64,000 nt of DNA. Source: Kiritimatiellia bacterium. Its GTDB lineage: Bacteria; Verrucomicrobiota; Kiritimatiellia; RFP12; UBA1067. A program made the position numbers and the translations under genes. Below, piece by piece: positions 8,446 to 16,914 of this stretch (position 1 is its first letter; each line of letters opens with the position of its first letter). The notes beneath the pieces were generated by a model that ran no database searches, was not told the DNA's origin, and was given only the letters and a program-made list of their open reading frames with translations. The stretch lies in the NCBI GenBank assembly GCA_017962315.1, contig JAGCVN010000042.1, positions 16,031-80,030 on the forward strand, given 5' to 3'.

Positions 8446-8618
8446 TTCCCCTCTTTTGATTGAGAACGGTACTATTATTTCACGGGGATGGAGATTTGTC
8501 TAGTACTATTTTTGATTATTTATATGTAAAATTTATAATTTAAGAGATATATGTATATTTCTCTATACATACCGCGAATATTCCGATATACTGACCTGTA
8601 GTTCAAGGAGAGGATACG
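8446..8618. promoter_or_regulatory. AT-rich divergent promoter region between cas3 (-) and the XRE/ImmA-like regulator (+), containing an imperfect palindrome TATGTAT-ATTTCTCT-ATACATA (~8545-8572)
   Basis: A sharp GC drop (largely A/T over ~120 nt) in an otherwise 60-65% GC genome. The palindrome was read directly. Confidence 0.4.
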
Positions 8619-9680
8619 ATGTTTCCGAAGGGTGATTTCAAAGTTGGCGAGAGGATTCGCGCTTGGCGCAAAAAGCGCAATATGATCCAGAAAGAGCTTG
8701 CCGCAGCGATCGGAATGGATGTTACGCAGCTGTGGTCGATCGAAAAGGATCGCAACAGTCCGTCCGTGCGCACGCTTGAACGCATTGCGCGGGCGTTACG
8801 TGTTCGTGTCCCGGAACTTCTAGAGCTACCGTCCGTGGATGATTCGATGGGGGTACTTTCTGTGTCGGACAACAGCTGGTCCGCCTGTTTGAACGTGGAA
8901 TGCGATGATTTACGTCGGCTATCCAGACCTGAACAGGGAACCGACCTTGCAGAAGGAGAGGTGCGCAGATTACTTTCAGAGTTGTCGGAAGCGATTCAAA
9001 CTGAGACGAAGCATCAGACGGAGATGCAGACCTCGCTCCCGCTTCAGTTTCCGATCGTCAAGAGCGAGGCCGGGGCGGAGCAGCTTGCACGAGCGGTCAG
9101 GGCGCACTGCGATATCGGCTCTGCCATTATTCGTGACGTGCAGATCCTTTTCGAAACATACGGGGTACGTGTTCTTGACACGCGATTTTCGAACGGGGTT
9201 GAGGCCGTGACGTTCTACAGCGCGATCCAACGAAACTTTACGGTTTTCCTTTCCGCCACTCTTTTGCAGAAACCATGGCGGAGGGATTTCATATTCCTGT
9301 CCGAAATCGGGCGGATGTTCCTATTTGTTTCCGGCTTGTTTGAAACCTATCGGGAATCCAAAATCGGTCGTCGTTTCGTGCATCACTTTGCCGCGGCTTT
9401 CTTGCAACCGGAACAGACGATTCGTGCGACGGTTTACAGCCTTCGCGTGAAACCGGACGACTGGACATACGAGCTTCTGTTGCGCATGAAAGAACGCTTT
9501 GGGGTATCGGCCGAGGCATTCGCGATACGATTGAAGGAACTGGCTCTTATCTCCCGGCGTAAGTTCGAAGTGTTCAAAAAGCAGATCATACAATACTACG
9601 CATCTCACAACTACGATGAACCCATGGCAAAAGAGCGCAGACCCGGTAGGGCATTTGACCTCGCCGCGCTCTCAACATGA
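8619..9680 (+). CDS. XRE-family HTH transcriptional regulator with C-terminal ImmA/IrrE-like (COG2856/DUF955-type) domain; no clean HExxH seen
   Basis: N-terminal IRAWRKKRNMIQKELAAAIGMDVTQLWSIEKDRNSPSVRTLERIARAL is a canonical XRE HTH. The C-terminal ~230 aa has the architecture of ImmA-type anti-repressor peptidases, but the metal motif looks degenerate (RFVHHFAAAF). Confidence 0.55.
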   Translation: MFPKGDFKVGERIRAWRKKRNMIQKELAAAIGMDVTQLWSIEKDRNSPSVRTLERIARALRVRVPELLELPSVDDSMGVLSVSDNSWSACLNVECDDLRRLSRPEQGTDLAEGEVRRLLSELSEAIQTETKHQTEMQTSLPLQFPIVKSEAGAEQLARAVRAHCDIGSAIIRDVQILFETYGVRVLDTRFSNGVEAVTFYSAIQRNFTVFLSATLLQKPWRRDFIFLSEIGRMFLFVSGLFETYRESKIGRRFVHHFAAAFLQPEQTIRATVYSLRVKPDDWTYELLLRMKERFGVSAEAFAIRLKELALISRRKFEVFKKQIIQYYASHNYDEPMAKERRPGRAFDLAALST

Positions 9681-9724
9681 CAACTCAGTTCAAGCGGGGT
9701 TCGACGCCTAGACCTTAAAGACTG

Positions 9725-10250
9725 ATAGTGGAATCGAGGGATTTCGTGCATGAGTGTGGGTCTGATTCAACCAGTAAAGGGCATTTTCGAGGTGCGAAAC
9801 GACGGTTTCCCGGGAAAACAACGGGAGGGAGACCTCGCGAGTTTTTGAACGCAGCCCCCCACTCGCTCCTCGGCGCGGGTGATTCGATTCGGATAACTTT
9901 CTATATTGTGCCCCCAGTAAACCGTGGGGTGAAGTTATAGACGAGACGAGAGGCGCAGAGAAAGGGCAACGGGGACGTTGCCCCTACCGGAAACATCGCC
10001 GACTACAGCCTATCCACCTGTTACGTTCCTTGCGCCGAATACCCGTACCTTGCAATCTGTTCTTCCATGCGCCTCCGCATTTCACTCAAACGGCAAGACG
10101 GGAAAGGAGAATCCATGTTTCGGCGAAATGCCCGATTGTCGGCAGAACACACCCACACGTATGACTGAAGAGCCGGAATCTGTTACGCGGAACGCATGAC
10201 CCTACCAATATTGTTCCAATGGGCGAGATGCCCGTTGTCCAAATTCCGCA
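9725..10250 (+). repeat. non-coding repeat element, copy 1 (module A ~9730-9985 ending in hairpin GGGCAACG-GGGA-CGTTGCCC; spacer; module B ~10085-10190 with micro-ORF MFRRNARLSAEHTHTYD behind AAAGGAG)
   Basis: About 85-90% identical over several hundred nt to the reverse complement of 58085..58690; module A also matches 56365..56495. No long ORF. Contains the perfect palindrome TTTCCCGGGAAA. Confidence 0.6.
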
Positions 10251-10252
10251 GC

Positions 10253-11275
10253 CTAGAACGCGGAGATGACCAGCTGGTTCGTGGTGTAGTGGCTGGTTTC
10301 TTTCTGGATGGCGAGCTTCCAGGCGGCGACGTCGAGATAATCCTGCCAACCATGACTCCATTCCAGTTCCGTTCCGATGAAGAGATGGAGGGGGACGAGG
10401 AGCTGGTCGGCGAGGTGCTTTTCGCACGCTTTGCCGGATTTCACGAAGTCGCGGATTTGGCGGACGACCTCATTTGCCACGGACTTGCGCGACTTGCCGT
10501 ATGTGCCGATGGCGGAGATGACGATCGTCGCACGCTCGTAACGGAGCCGCGTGCAACAGTAGTTTCCCGGTCCAAAGGCATCGACCTCACGCACAATGCG
10601 TTCCAGAGCGAGGTCACGCATCTGATTACCAACGATGCCGACTTCCGCCTCGGCAATCGAACGCGGAATGTGCGAGACAACGCCCTCGACGGTGCCACCT
10701 AGGTATGCGCCGAGGTCGGTCAAATCGTAGCACGCAGGGCACTTCGACTCGTCGTACGGCCAGACACGCAGTTTCACGACGCCGCCAGCGGCGGGGTAGA
10801 AACCGCACTGCTCCAGTTCCGCCTCCACGTGCGCGCCCATCCGCCGTAGTTCGGGAAGGTACGTTTCCGAGAAAAACTCCCAGATCGGCGCGAACGAGAC
10901 GTGCGTGCCACCCGTGATCGTGACCGTGGACGGCGTGTCCGCCCGCAGGAGGACGGGGATGACCGTCTGCGCGACGAGCGTGACGGAACCAGCCGTGCCG
11001 ATGTCGAACTGGTAGGTACCACCCTTGATTGCGCCCGGCTTGAACAAAAGACGCATGGAGCCGACCTCGTCGCCCTCCACCTGCGCACTGCAGATCTGCG
11101 CGACCGCACGAACGCATGTGAGGTGTTGGCGCTTGAGGCCGGGCTTGTCGCGTTTCACGCGGATGTTCAGCATCTCGAATGGTTTGCCGTAGGCGGCGCT
11201 CAACGCGAGCGAGGTGCGGAGGATCTGCCCGCCACCCTCGCCCTGCGAGCCGTCGATGGTGATTGGATTATCCAT
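10253..11275 (-). CDS. rtcA: RNA 3'-terminal phosphate cyclase RtcA
   Basis: MDNPITIDGSQGEGGGQILRTSLALSAAYGKPF... is the RtcA N-terminal signature; 340 aa. Confidence 0.9.
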   Translation of the reverse strand: MDNPITIDGSQGEGGGQILRTSLALSAAYGKPFEMLNIRVKRDKPGLKRQHLTCVRAVAQICSAQVEGDEVGSMRLLFKPGAIKGGTYQFDIGTAGSVTLVAQTVIPVLLRADTPSTVTITGGTHVSFAPIWEFFSETYLPELRRMGAHVEAELEQCGFYPAAGGVVKLRVWPYDESKCPACYDLTDLGAYLGGTVEGVVSHIPRSIAEAEVGIVGNQMRDLALERIVREVDAFGPGNYCCTRLRYERATIVISAIGTYGKSRKSVANEVVRQIRDFVKSGKACEKHLADQLLVPLHLFIGTELEWSHGWQDYLDVAAWKLAIQKETSHYTTNQLVISAF

Positions 11276-11321
11276 TCTCGCTTCCTTTCTTGCGCGGACG
11301 AAAACGCCCGCGTACAGGACA

Positions 11322-12527
11322 CTATCCCTTCAGCGAGGCGAGGGGGACGAGGCGAACGAGCGGCTCAACGAGGTCGAGCTCGGAGGCGATCACGTCCTCG
11401 ATGTCCTTGTACGCCTGCGGTGCCTCGGAGAGATCGAGTCGGCCCTTCGCCTTGCCGAAGCCCTTGTACTTGTGCCACCGCTCGCACACGATGCCCTCCA
11501 TCGCCTTGTCGCACTCCTCCACGGTGAGCGTGGTGGAGGCCGCGATGCGGCTCATGCGCCGCCCCGCGCCGTGCGAGCAGGACATGAACGACTCGGGGTT
11601 GCCGAGTCCGCGCACGATGTACGAGGCCGTGCCCATCGATCCTGGGATGATGCCGATCTCGTCGAGCTTCGCCGAGGTCGCGCCCTTGCGGTGCACGCAC
11701 ACCTTCTCGCCGAAGTGCTCCTCGAACACGGCGTAGTTGTGGTGGATGTCGATCGTGCGAATGAAGTTCGCGTTCGACACGAACTCGGCGAGCGTCGCCT
11801 TCATCACCTCCATCATGCGCCGACGGTTCTCCTTCGCGTAGCGGAGGGCGAAGAGCATGTCGGTGAAGTAATCGTGTCCCGCCGGCTCCTCAATGGGGAG
11901 GAAGGCGAGATCCGTGTCCGGCAACGGTACGCGGAACCGCTCGCACATCTTCGCCGCGATACGGTGGTAGTGCTCCTCGATACGCTTGCCGAGGTTGCGT
12001 GAGCCGGAGTGGATCATGAGCCACACCCGGTTTTTGTCGCTCTTCTGCAGCTCGATGAAGTGGTTGCCGCCGCCGAGTGTGCCGAGATTCATGCGGTCGA
12101 GCTTGGACGGCCAGAGGCTGGAGCGCATGCCGTTGTGCGCGGTGTATTCCTCGAAGCCCTCCCAGTCCTGCGTGACGCGGTGCGACTCGCCCTCCCCCAC
12201 GGGGATGCGCTCCTTGAGCTTCTCCTGGAAGGCGCGGCGGAACGGCATCTCGGCGAACGCCTCGGCGGGGACGTCCGTTTCCGTGGCGATCATGCCGCAG
12301 CCGATGTCCACACCGACGGCGGCGGGGATCACGGCGTCTTTCGCCGCCACCACGCCACCGATGGGCATGCCGTAGCCCTGGTGCGCGTCTGGCATTAACG
12401 CCACATGGTGTACAAGCACCGGATGGTGCGCGAGGTTCACCGCTTGCTGGACGGCACCCTCCTCGCAGTTCTCACACCAGCTCTTCACGGGCATCGTGTA
12501 CCCGACCTCAAACTTTTCCCATTTCAT
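11322..12527 (-). CDS. rtcB: RNA-splicing ligase RtcB
   Basis: MKWEKFEVGYTMPVKSW...GGGNHFIELQ...HSGSRNLG conserved RtcB blocks; 401 aa. Confidence 0.92.
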   Translation of the reverse strand: MKWEKFEVGYTMPVKSWCENCEEGAVQQAVNLAHHPVLVHHVALMPDAHQGYGMPIGGVVAAKDAVIPAAVGVDIGCGMIATETDVPAEAFAEMPFRRAFQEKLKERIPVGEGESHRVTQDWEGFEEYTAHNGMRSSLWPSKLDRMNLGTLGGGNHFIELQKSDKNRVWLMIHSGSRNLGKRIEEHYHRIAAKMCERFRVPLPDTDLAFLPIEEPAGHDYFTDMLFALRYAKENRRRMMEVMKATLAEFVSNANFIRTIDIHHNYAVFEEHFGEKVCVHRKGATSAKLDEIGIIPGSMGTASYIVRGLGNPESFMSCSHGAGRRMSRIAASTTLTVEECDKAMEGIVCERWHKYKGFGKAKGRLDLSEAPQAYKDIEDVIASELDLVEPLVRLVPLASLKG

Positions 12528-12566
12528 TTTCGTTACCTTTCGGTTTTCTGTCCTCTGTCCTTCTTG

Positions 12567-12701
12567 CTAGCCGGCGGCGGCTCCTAAGCGGGGAGCGTCG
12601 GGGAACAAGACCTCCCCCTTGAGGTTGCAGGGGGCGATTTCAACAGCCCCGGTGACGAGTTCGAGGATGGCGTCAACGATTTTTTCGATCATCTTTTTCA
12701 T
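12567..12701 (-). CDS. 44-aa ORF MKKMIEKIVDAILELVTGAVEIAPCNLKGEVLFPDAPRLGAAAG immediately upstream of rtcB, with RBS AAGGA
   Basis: Internal ATG of track ORF 12567..12863. AAGGAAATTACACC-ATG gives correct SD spacing. The sigma54-like promoter lies just upstream, and inside the longer, implausible track ORF. Confidence 0.35.
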   Translation of the reverse strand: MKKMIEKIVDAILELVTGAVEIAPCNLKGEVLFPDAPRLGAAAG

Positions 12702-12729
12702 GGTGTAATTTCCTTGGTACCGTATGAAA

Positions 12730-12750
12730 AGCAGATTCTGTGCCAAAGGC
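12730..12750 (-). promoter_or_regulatory. sigma54 (RpoN)-type promoter TGGCAC-AGAAT-CTGCT (GG/GC spacing correct) upstream of the 44-aa ORF-rtcB-rtcA operon
   Basis: Minus-strand sequence TTGGCACAGAATCTGCTTTTCATACGGTACCAAGGAAATTACACCATG. This matches the -24/-12 consensus TGGCAC-N5-TTGC except for one base in the -12 element. The E. coli rtcBA operon is sigma54/RtcR dependent (established knowledge). Confidence 0.45.
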
Positions 12751-13681
12751 GCGACGTGCGCTTGGCCCGCCGCTGGCGAGGCGGGAGAGGGGCGCGGGGA
12801 CGTGAGACGAGCTGTGAGACAATGAGACATCAGCCTTGCGGGCAACCCTTGCACGTCTCGCATCTTACGTCATCACATTATGAAAATTATAGCCCCTATA
12901 TTTTCTTCTATCGTTTCGCCGTCAAGTCGTCGCCATCCTTTCAGAAATCAAAAAACGTATCAAGCCGCCAAAAACTGCGCCCCGTCACCGCCGCCCCCGG
13001 CGGGGCAATTTCACTGGGAGTTCGGGGAGGGAGGGAGAGAGAGCATGGTTACGCCTGTCAAGTGGGACTCCTAGCTTCCAACCCCGGCGTTTTACTTGAA
13101 GTGACCGGGCGAACCTTGTCCGTCTCACTCCACCGGTCTGCACGTTGAGCCCCCCCACGAAACCATTCTCTCGCGCAGCAGCAACATCCGCATGAGCAAG
13201 ACCGTCGCCCTGTACCCGGCCAAGTCTAGTGTTTTTCCCATAGTTTGGTAATTGTACCGACTGTTTCTTTCGGCGGAGATCAAGAACAAAAGGCGCATAA
13301 ATCCGAAAAGAGTTTTCGGGGCAGGAGCGTCTGCCGCACCACCGTCCCGCTCGATGCGACGACGAAGCGGCTGAAAGAGTGGGTGCCGGGCGGGGACATG
13401 CGTGCACGGCCCGCAGCCGAGTGCCTCGGCCAGCTGCCAGAGCGCCAGCAGGATGAACGAGACAAACCCAAGCCAGAAGGAACAGCCCGGGCCGACCCCG
13501 TCTAGATTCTCCCTCGGGTTCTCCATGACGAGTCACGAGTCCCCTTATACCACGCGCACGGAGGGCTCTGACAAGTGGAAAACACGAAATACGCATTGAG
13601 ATCGCAAAAGAAATACGTGTAAACAGGGACTTATGGCAACCCCTGATCCATATCTACCGGCGATGCAAGGAGGAAACTGTC

Positions 13682-15625
13682 CTATCGGGCGAGGGCGGAC
13701 CAGTCGTAGACTTTCAACGCACCATAGACGGAATCGGCGAACGCGAACTTCATTCCGGGATTAAGGAGGACGGCGCGCCAGGACGGCGGTTCGCGCTTCT
13801 GCGAATAAGACACGAAGAGATTCCGTTCCAAGAACCAGGCGTGTGCCGCCGGAATCGCGGCCACGCCATAGGCCGTCAGCGCGACACGTCCGTCGGCGGT
13901 TTGCGAAGAAAAGTAACGTGCGGCAAGCGCAGCGTCTTCCGCACGCCGGGCGACGAGGTTTTCCCCGATCGTGTTGGCGAGCATCGCCAGTTCTTCGTCA
14001 GCCCGCTTTGCGCCGTAGAACGAGTACCGCGTCCTCGCCGTTCCGCCGAAACCGCGTAACTCCGCGACGGCGACGGGACGATGCCCGCCGAGAAGCGATG
14101 CGACATCACCGGCGAGATCTGCGGACATGCCGTCGGTAAGGAGCAACACCGGGATACCCTTCGCCTCATCCGGAAGGAACATCCGGAGGGGGATGGGCGT
14201 CAGATCATCGTCCCGGAGCAGGATGAGATTGACGGTGCGACCGCCGGGGAACGTGTCCGTACGCACTGCGGCAGGCGTTGCAGAAAGTTCCGAGAGCGGA
14301 CGCGCTCCACAGACACTCCTGACCGTCGCCGGGGTCGGTTCCACGCGCCCTTTCTCAAGTTTCGCAAGTTCGTCCCTCATGATGTCGTAAACACTCCGGG
14401 AGCCGGGAATGTCGAGTGTCGAACCGGTCTTCGTGACATTCTTGACCTCACCCTTTTCGAACGCAAGACCGGAATTCGTGGCAGTGTAGTCGAACGCGAA
14501 ATCCATACGCCGGAGCAAGTCAAGGTCACGCGGCCATGCCGACGCATCTCCGCCCGCCCAGCGCCGAAGCCAGTACATCGCGGCATGGCGTGTCGATTCG
14601 TACCAGTGGTGGGGGCCGGCCGCCTCCATGAGAGCCACACGATCCTCCGCGCCGAGGACGGCATAAACCTTCTTCGCGTTTTCGTAAGTGTCGATCGACC
14701 CCATGAATGGGAAGTAGTCACCGTGCGTCGCCACGATCATCGTGGGCGACGGAGCGCGCAGAACGGTGATGCCGAGATGGTTGAGGCCGTACTTCGCCTG
14801 TCCGAAGATCACCTGTTCGGCATCGCCGGGACCGACGTTAGCATAGACATCCCGGATCGTCGAGAGAAATCCAGCCGGTGCACCGGCGGCATAACGACCA
14901 TCGAGCGCATTCATGTACGACGAGAGTGTGCCACCACCGGATAACCCGGTGACACCGATACGCGCCGCATCGACTTCCGGGCGCGAGGCGAGGTAGTCGA
15001 ACGAGCGAATGCCGTCCCAGACGCGGAACTGAGCGACGTTCCATCCGAGAAGGTGTGCACGGATACCCGTTACGTTGTGTCCCGTCACGGAGCCGTGCCA
15101 AGGGTCCTCCTTACGCTGGCGACGTTCCCCCTGGTCGATCGGATCGTAGACGAGCGTCGCGAGGCCGAGTTTCGCGCCGGTCACGCCCACACGCTGGTAC
15201 CAAGGAGCGTTCTTACCGGTGATGGAGTGCCCACAGGGCGAGACGACACCGGGGTACGGGGGAGTGTACTTCGGGTCATCCGGGAGGAAGAGGTGCGCGG
15301 TAACGTAGTGCTCCGGACGACTCTCGAAGAGAACCTTCTCGATGACATATCCATCCTTCTTCACGATTCCCGTCGTGACGGGGTTGAGGGGAGTCTTCGC
15401 GGGAAACCCGCCGATTGCCGCGACGGTCTTCTCGCGCACGGCGGCCTGCCGGGCGGCAAGCGCCTCGCGCGTCGCACAGGCAGTCCACGCAGCGTCCGAT
15501 GCACGGTCGAGCCGGACGACCTGATTGAAAAGGTTGTCGTGCGGCGTCCTTCCCATGTGGGAATCGCCGACCTTTAGAAGCGAAGCCGAAAGGACGGCTG
15601 AAATCACATTCACAAGATTGGTCAT
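13682..15625 (-). CDS. secreted alpha/beta-hydrolase, acetyl-xylan-esterase (AXE1)/dienelactone-hydrolase-like, two-domain
   Basis: 647 aa; GxSxG nucleophile elbow 'GVTGLSGGG'; hydrophobic N-terminus. Confidence 0.65.
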   Translation of the reverse strand: MTNLVNVISAVLSASLLKVGDSHMGRTPHDNLFNQVVRLDRASDAAWTACATREALAARQAAVREKTVAAIGGFPAKTPLNPVTTGIVKKDGYVIEKVLFESRPEHYVTAHLFLPDDPKYTPPYPGVVSPCGHSITGKNAPWYQRVGVTGAKLGLATLVYDPIDQGERRQRKEDPWHGSVTGHNVTGIRAHLLGWNVAQFRVWDGIRSFDYLASRPEVDAARIGVTGLSGGGTLSSYMNALDGRYAAGAPAGFLSTIRDVYANVGPGDAEQVIFGQAKYGLNHLGITVLRAPSPTMIVATHGDYFPFMGSIDTYENAKKVYAVLGAEDRVALMEAAGPHHWYESTRHAAMYWLRRWAGGDASAWPRDLDLLRRMDFAFDYTATNSGLAFEKGEVKNVTKTGSTLDIPGSRSVYDIMRDELAKLEKGRVEPTPATVRSVCGARPLSELSATPAAVRTDTFPGGRTVNLILLRDDDLTPIPLRMFLPDEAKGIPVLLLTDGMSADLAGDVASLLGGHRPVAVAELRGFGGTARTRYSFYGAKRADEELAMLANTIGENLVARRAEDAALAARYFSSQTADGRVALTAYGVAAIPAAHAWFLERNLFVSYSQKREPPSWRAVLLNPGMKFAFADSVYGALKVYDWSALAR

Positions 15626-15777
15626 TTCTTTTCTCCCTCATCAAAGATGTGTTCGAACTCTAGCAGAAACTGCTTCCTACTGTCAATTATGACGTGGGTC
15701 AAACAGATTTTATTTGCTCCGAGTTCCTTGTGTGTGGTAGAGTGGACGGCGGATTTCAAAAGGAAAGCGAGACAAGA

Positions 15778-16914
15778 ATGGGAAAAGCATACTGGATACT
15801 CTGGGGCACGATGCTTCTTTTCGCAGCGGGGTGCACGACAACCGCCACGGTCAACACGAACACGCCGGGCAAGGCAATCATAAAGACTGGGGTTTATGTA
15901 AGCAAGGGACTCAGCGGTGGCGGGGCGATCGAATGGATACGCCTTGTCCATGACGCCCCTGAACTGGATCTCACGCTGTTGGACTCGGCGAAGATCCGCG
16001 AAGGCGCGCTCGACAAGTTGGACATGCTGGTCATGCCGGGGGGCAGTTCGCCCGACATCAAGCGCGACCTCGGCACAAACGGGGCGGCCCGGATCAAGGC
16101 GTTCATCCACAACGGGGGCGGTTACATCGGCACGTGCGCCGGCTGCTGCCTGATGATGGAAGAGGCGCCCGACCCCTCGCGTGGTCTGGACGTCATGCCG
16201 TTCTACCGTTCCGGCTCGAAAGGACGTTTTCTGATGCCCGTCGGGGTGAACGAGAAAGGCGAGGCCGCCCTCGGCGTGAAAAACGACACCTATTGGTTGC
16301 AATACAGCCACGGCCCGATCCTTGAGCCGAGCACGAATGCGATCCCGGACGCGGATTTCGAAGTCTGGGGCACCAACCTCTCCGACTCCGGGAAATTCGG
16401 CGGAAAACTTGAAATGTACGGGCGTGCCGCGATCGTGGGCGGCACCTACGGGAAGGGGCGCGTGGTCGTGACCTCCTGCCACCCCGAATACCTTGAGGCG
16501 ACACGTCCCCTGATCCAAGGGGCGTTCCGGTACATCACAGGTCACGAGGTCACCTTCCCCGTACGCCCGCGCCGGGCAAAGGCGTACACCGTCGCCCTCC
16601 TCGCCGAAGCGTTCATCGGGATCGACGTGGGAAAGGTTGTCATCGCCCTGTCGGATGACGAATCGATCGATTTTTCGGCGATCAACGCGGAAGACATCCG
16701 TCGCGGTCTACTGGACCATGTGGACGCGCTGTTGATTCCGGACACTCGGAACGGCGACATCAAGGGTTCGACCGGCGACATCATTAAGAGATTCGCTTCC
16801 CGCGGCGGATACGTCCTCGGCTGGGGCAGGGGGCCCGCTCGGATACGGGGTTTCTGCGAGACGTGTCCCTCTTCCGAAGATGCCGTCAAACGCCTACAGA
16901 AACGGGCGCGTTAA
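15778..16914 (+). CDS. lipoprotein with two class-I glutamine-amidotransferase-like (ThuA/BPL_N-type) domains
   Basis: Start chosen at the internal ATG with RBS AAGGAAAG; lipobox ...LLFAAGC. Duplicated ...MLVMPGGSSPDI...GGGYIGTCAGCC and ...ALLIPDTRNGDI...GGYVLGWGRG blocks. Confidence 0.5.
   Translation: MGKAYWILWGTMLLFAAGCTTTATVNTNTPGKAIIKTGVYVSKGLSGGGAIEWIRLVHDAPELDLTLLDSAKIREGALDKLDMLVMPGGSSPDIKRDLGTNGAARIKAFIHNGGGYIGTCAGCCLMMEEAPDPSRGLDVMPFYRSGSKGRFLMPVGVNEKGEAALGVKNDTYWLQYSHGPILEPSTNAIPDADFEVWGTNLSDSGKFGGKLEMYGRAAIVGGTYGKGRVVVTSCHPEYLEATRPLIQGAFRYITGHEVTFPVRPRRAKAYTVALLAEAFIGIDVGKVVIALSDDESIDFSAINAEDIRRGLLDHVDALLIPDTRNGDIKGSTGDIIKRFASRGGYVLGWGRGPARIRGFCETCPSSEDAVKRLQKRAR

Noticed and set aside
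9690-9710. tRNA-like GGGGTTCGACGCC (and GGGTTCGAACC at ~58105)
   Set aside because: No complementary T-stem, acceptor stem or anticodon arm can be built; these are coincidental T-loop-like strings.
9730-9800. 5' block of the repeat (GTGGGGCTGATTCA...GCGAAAC) resembles the tmRNA (SsrA) 5' end
   Set aside because: Present in three copies. No tRNA-like 3' end (no T-loop GGTTCGAATCC/CCA acceptor pairing) and no tag-peptide reading frame, so it is not tmRNA.
12567-12863. 98-aa track ORF upstream of rtcB
   Set aside because: The N-terminal 54 residues are low-complexity and contain the sigma54-like promoter. Only the internal 44-aa ORF with a proper RBS is plausible.
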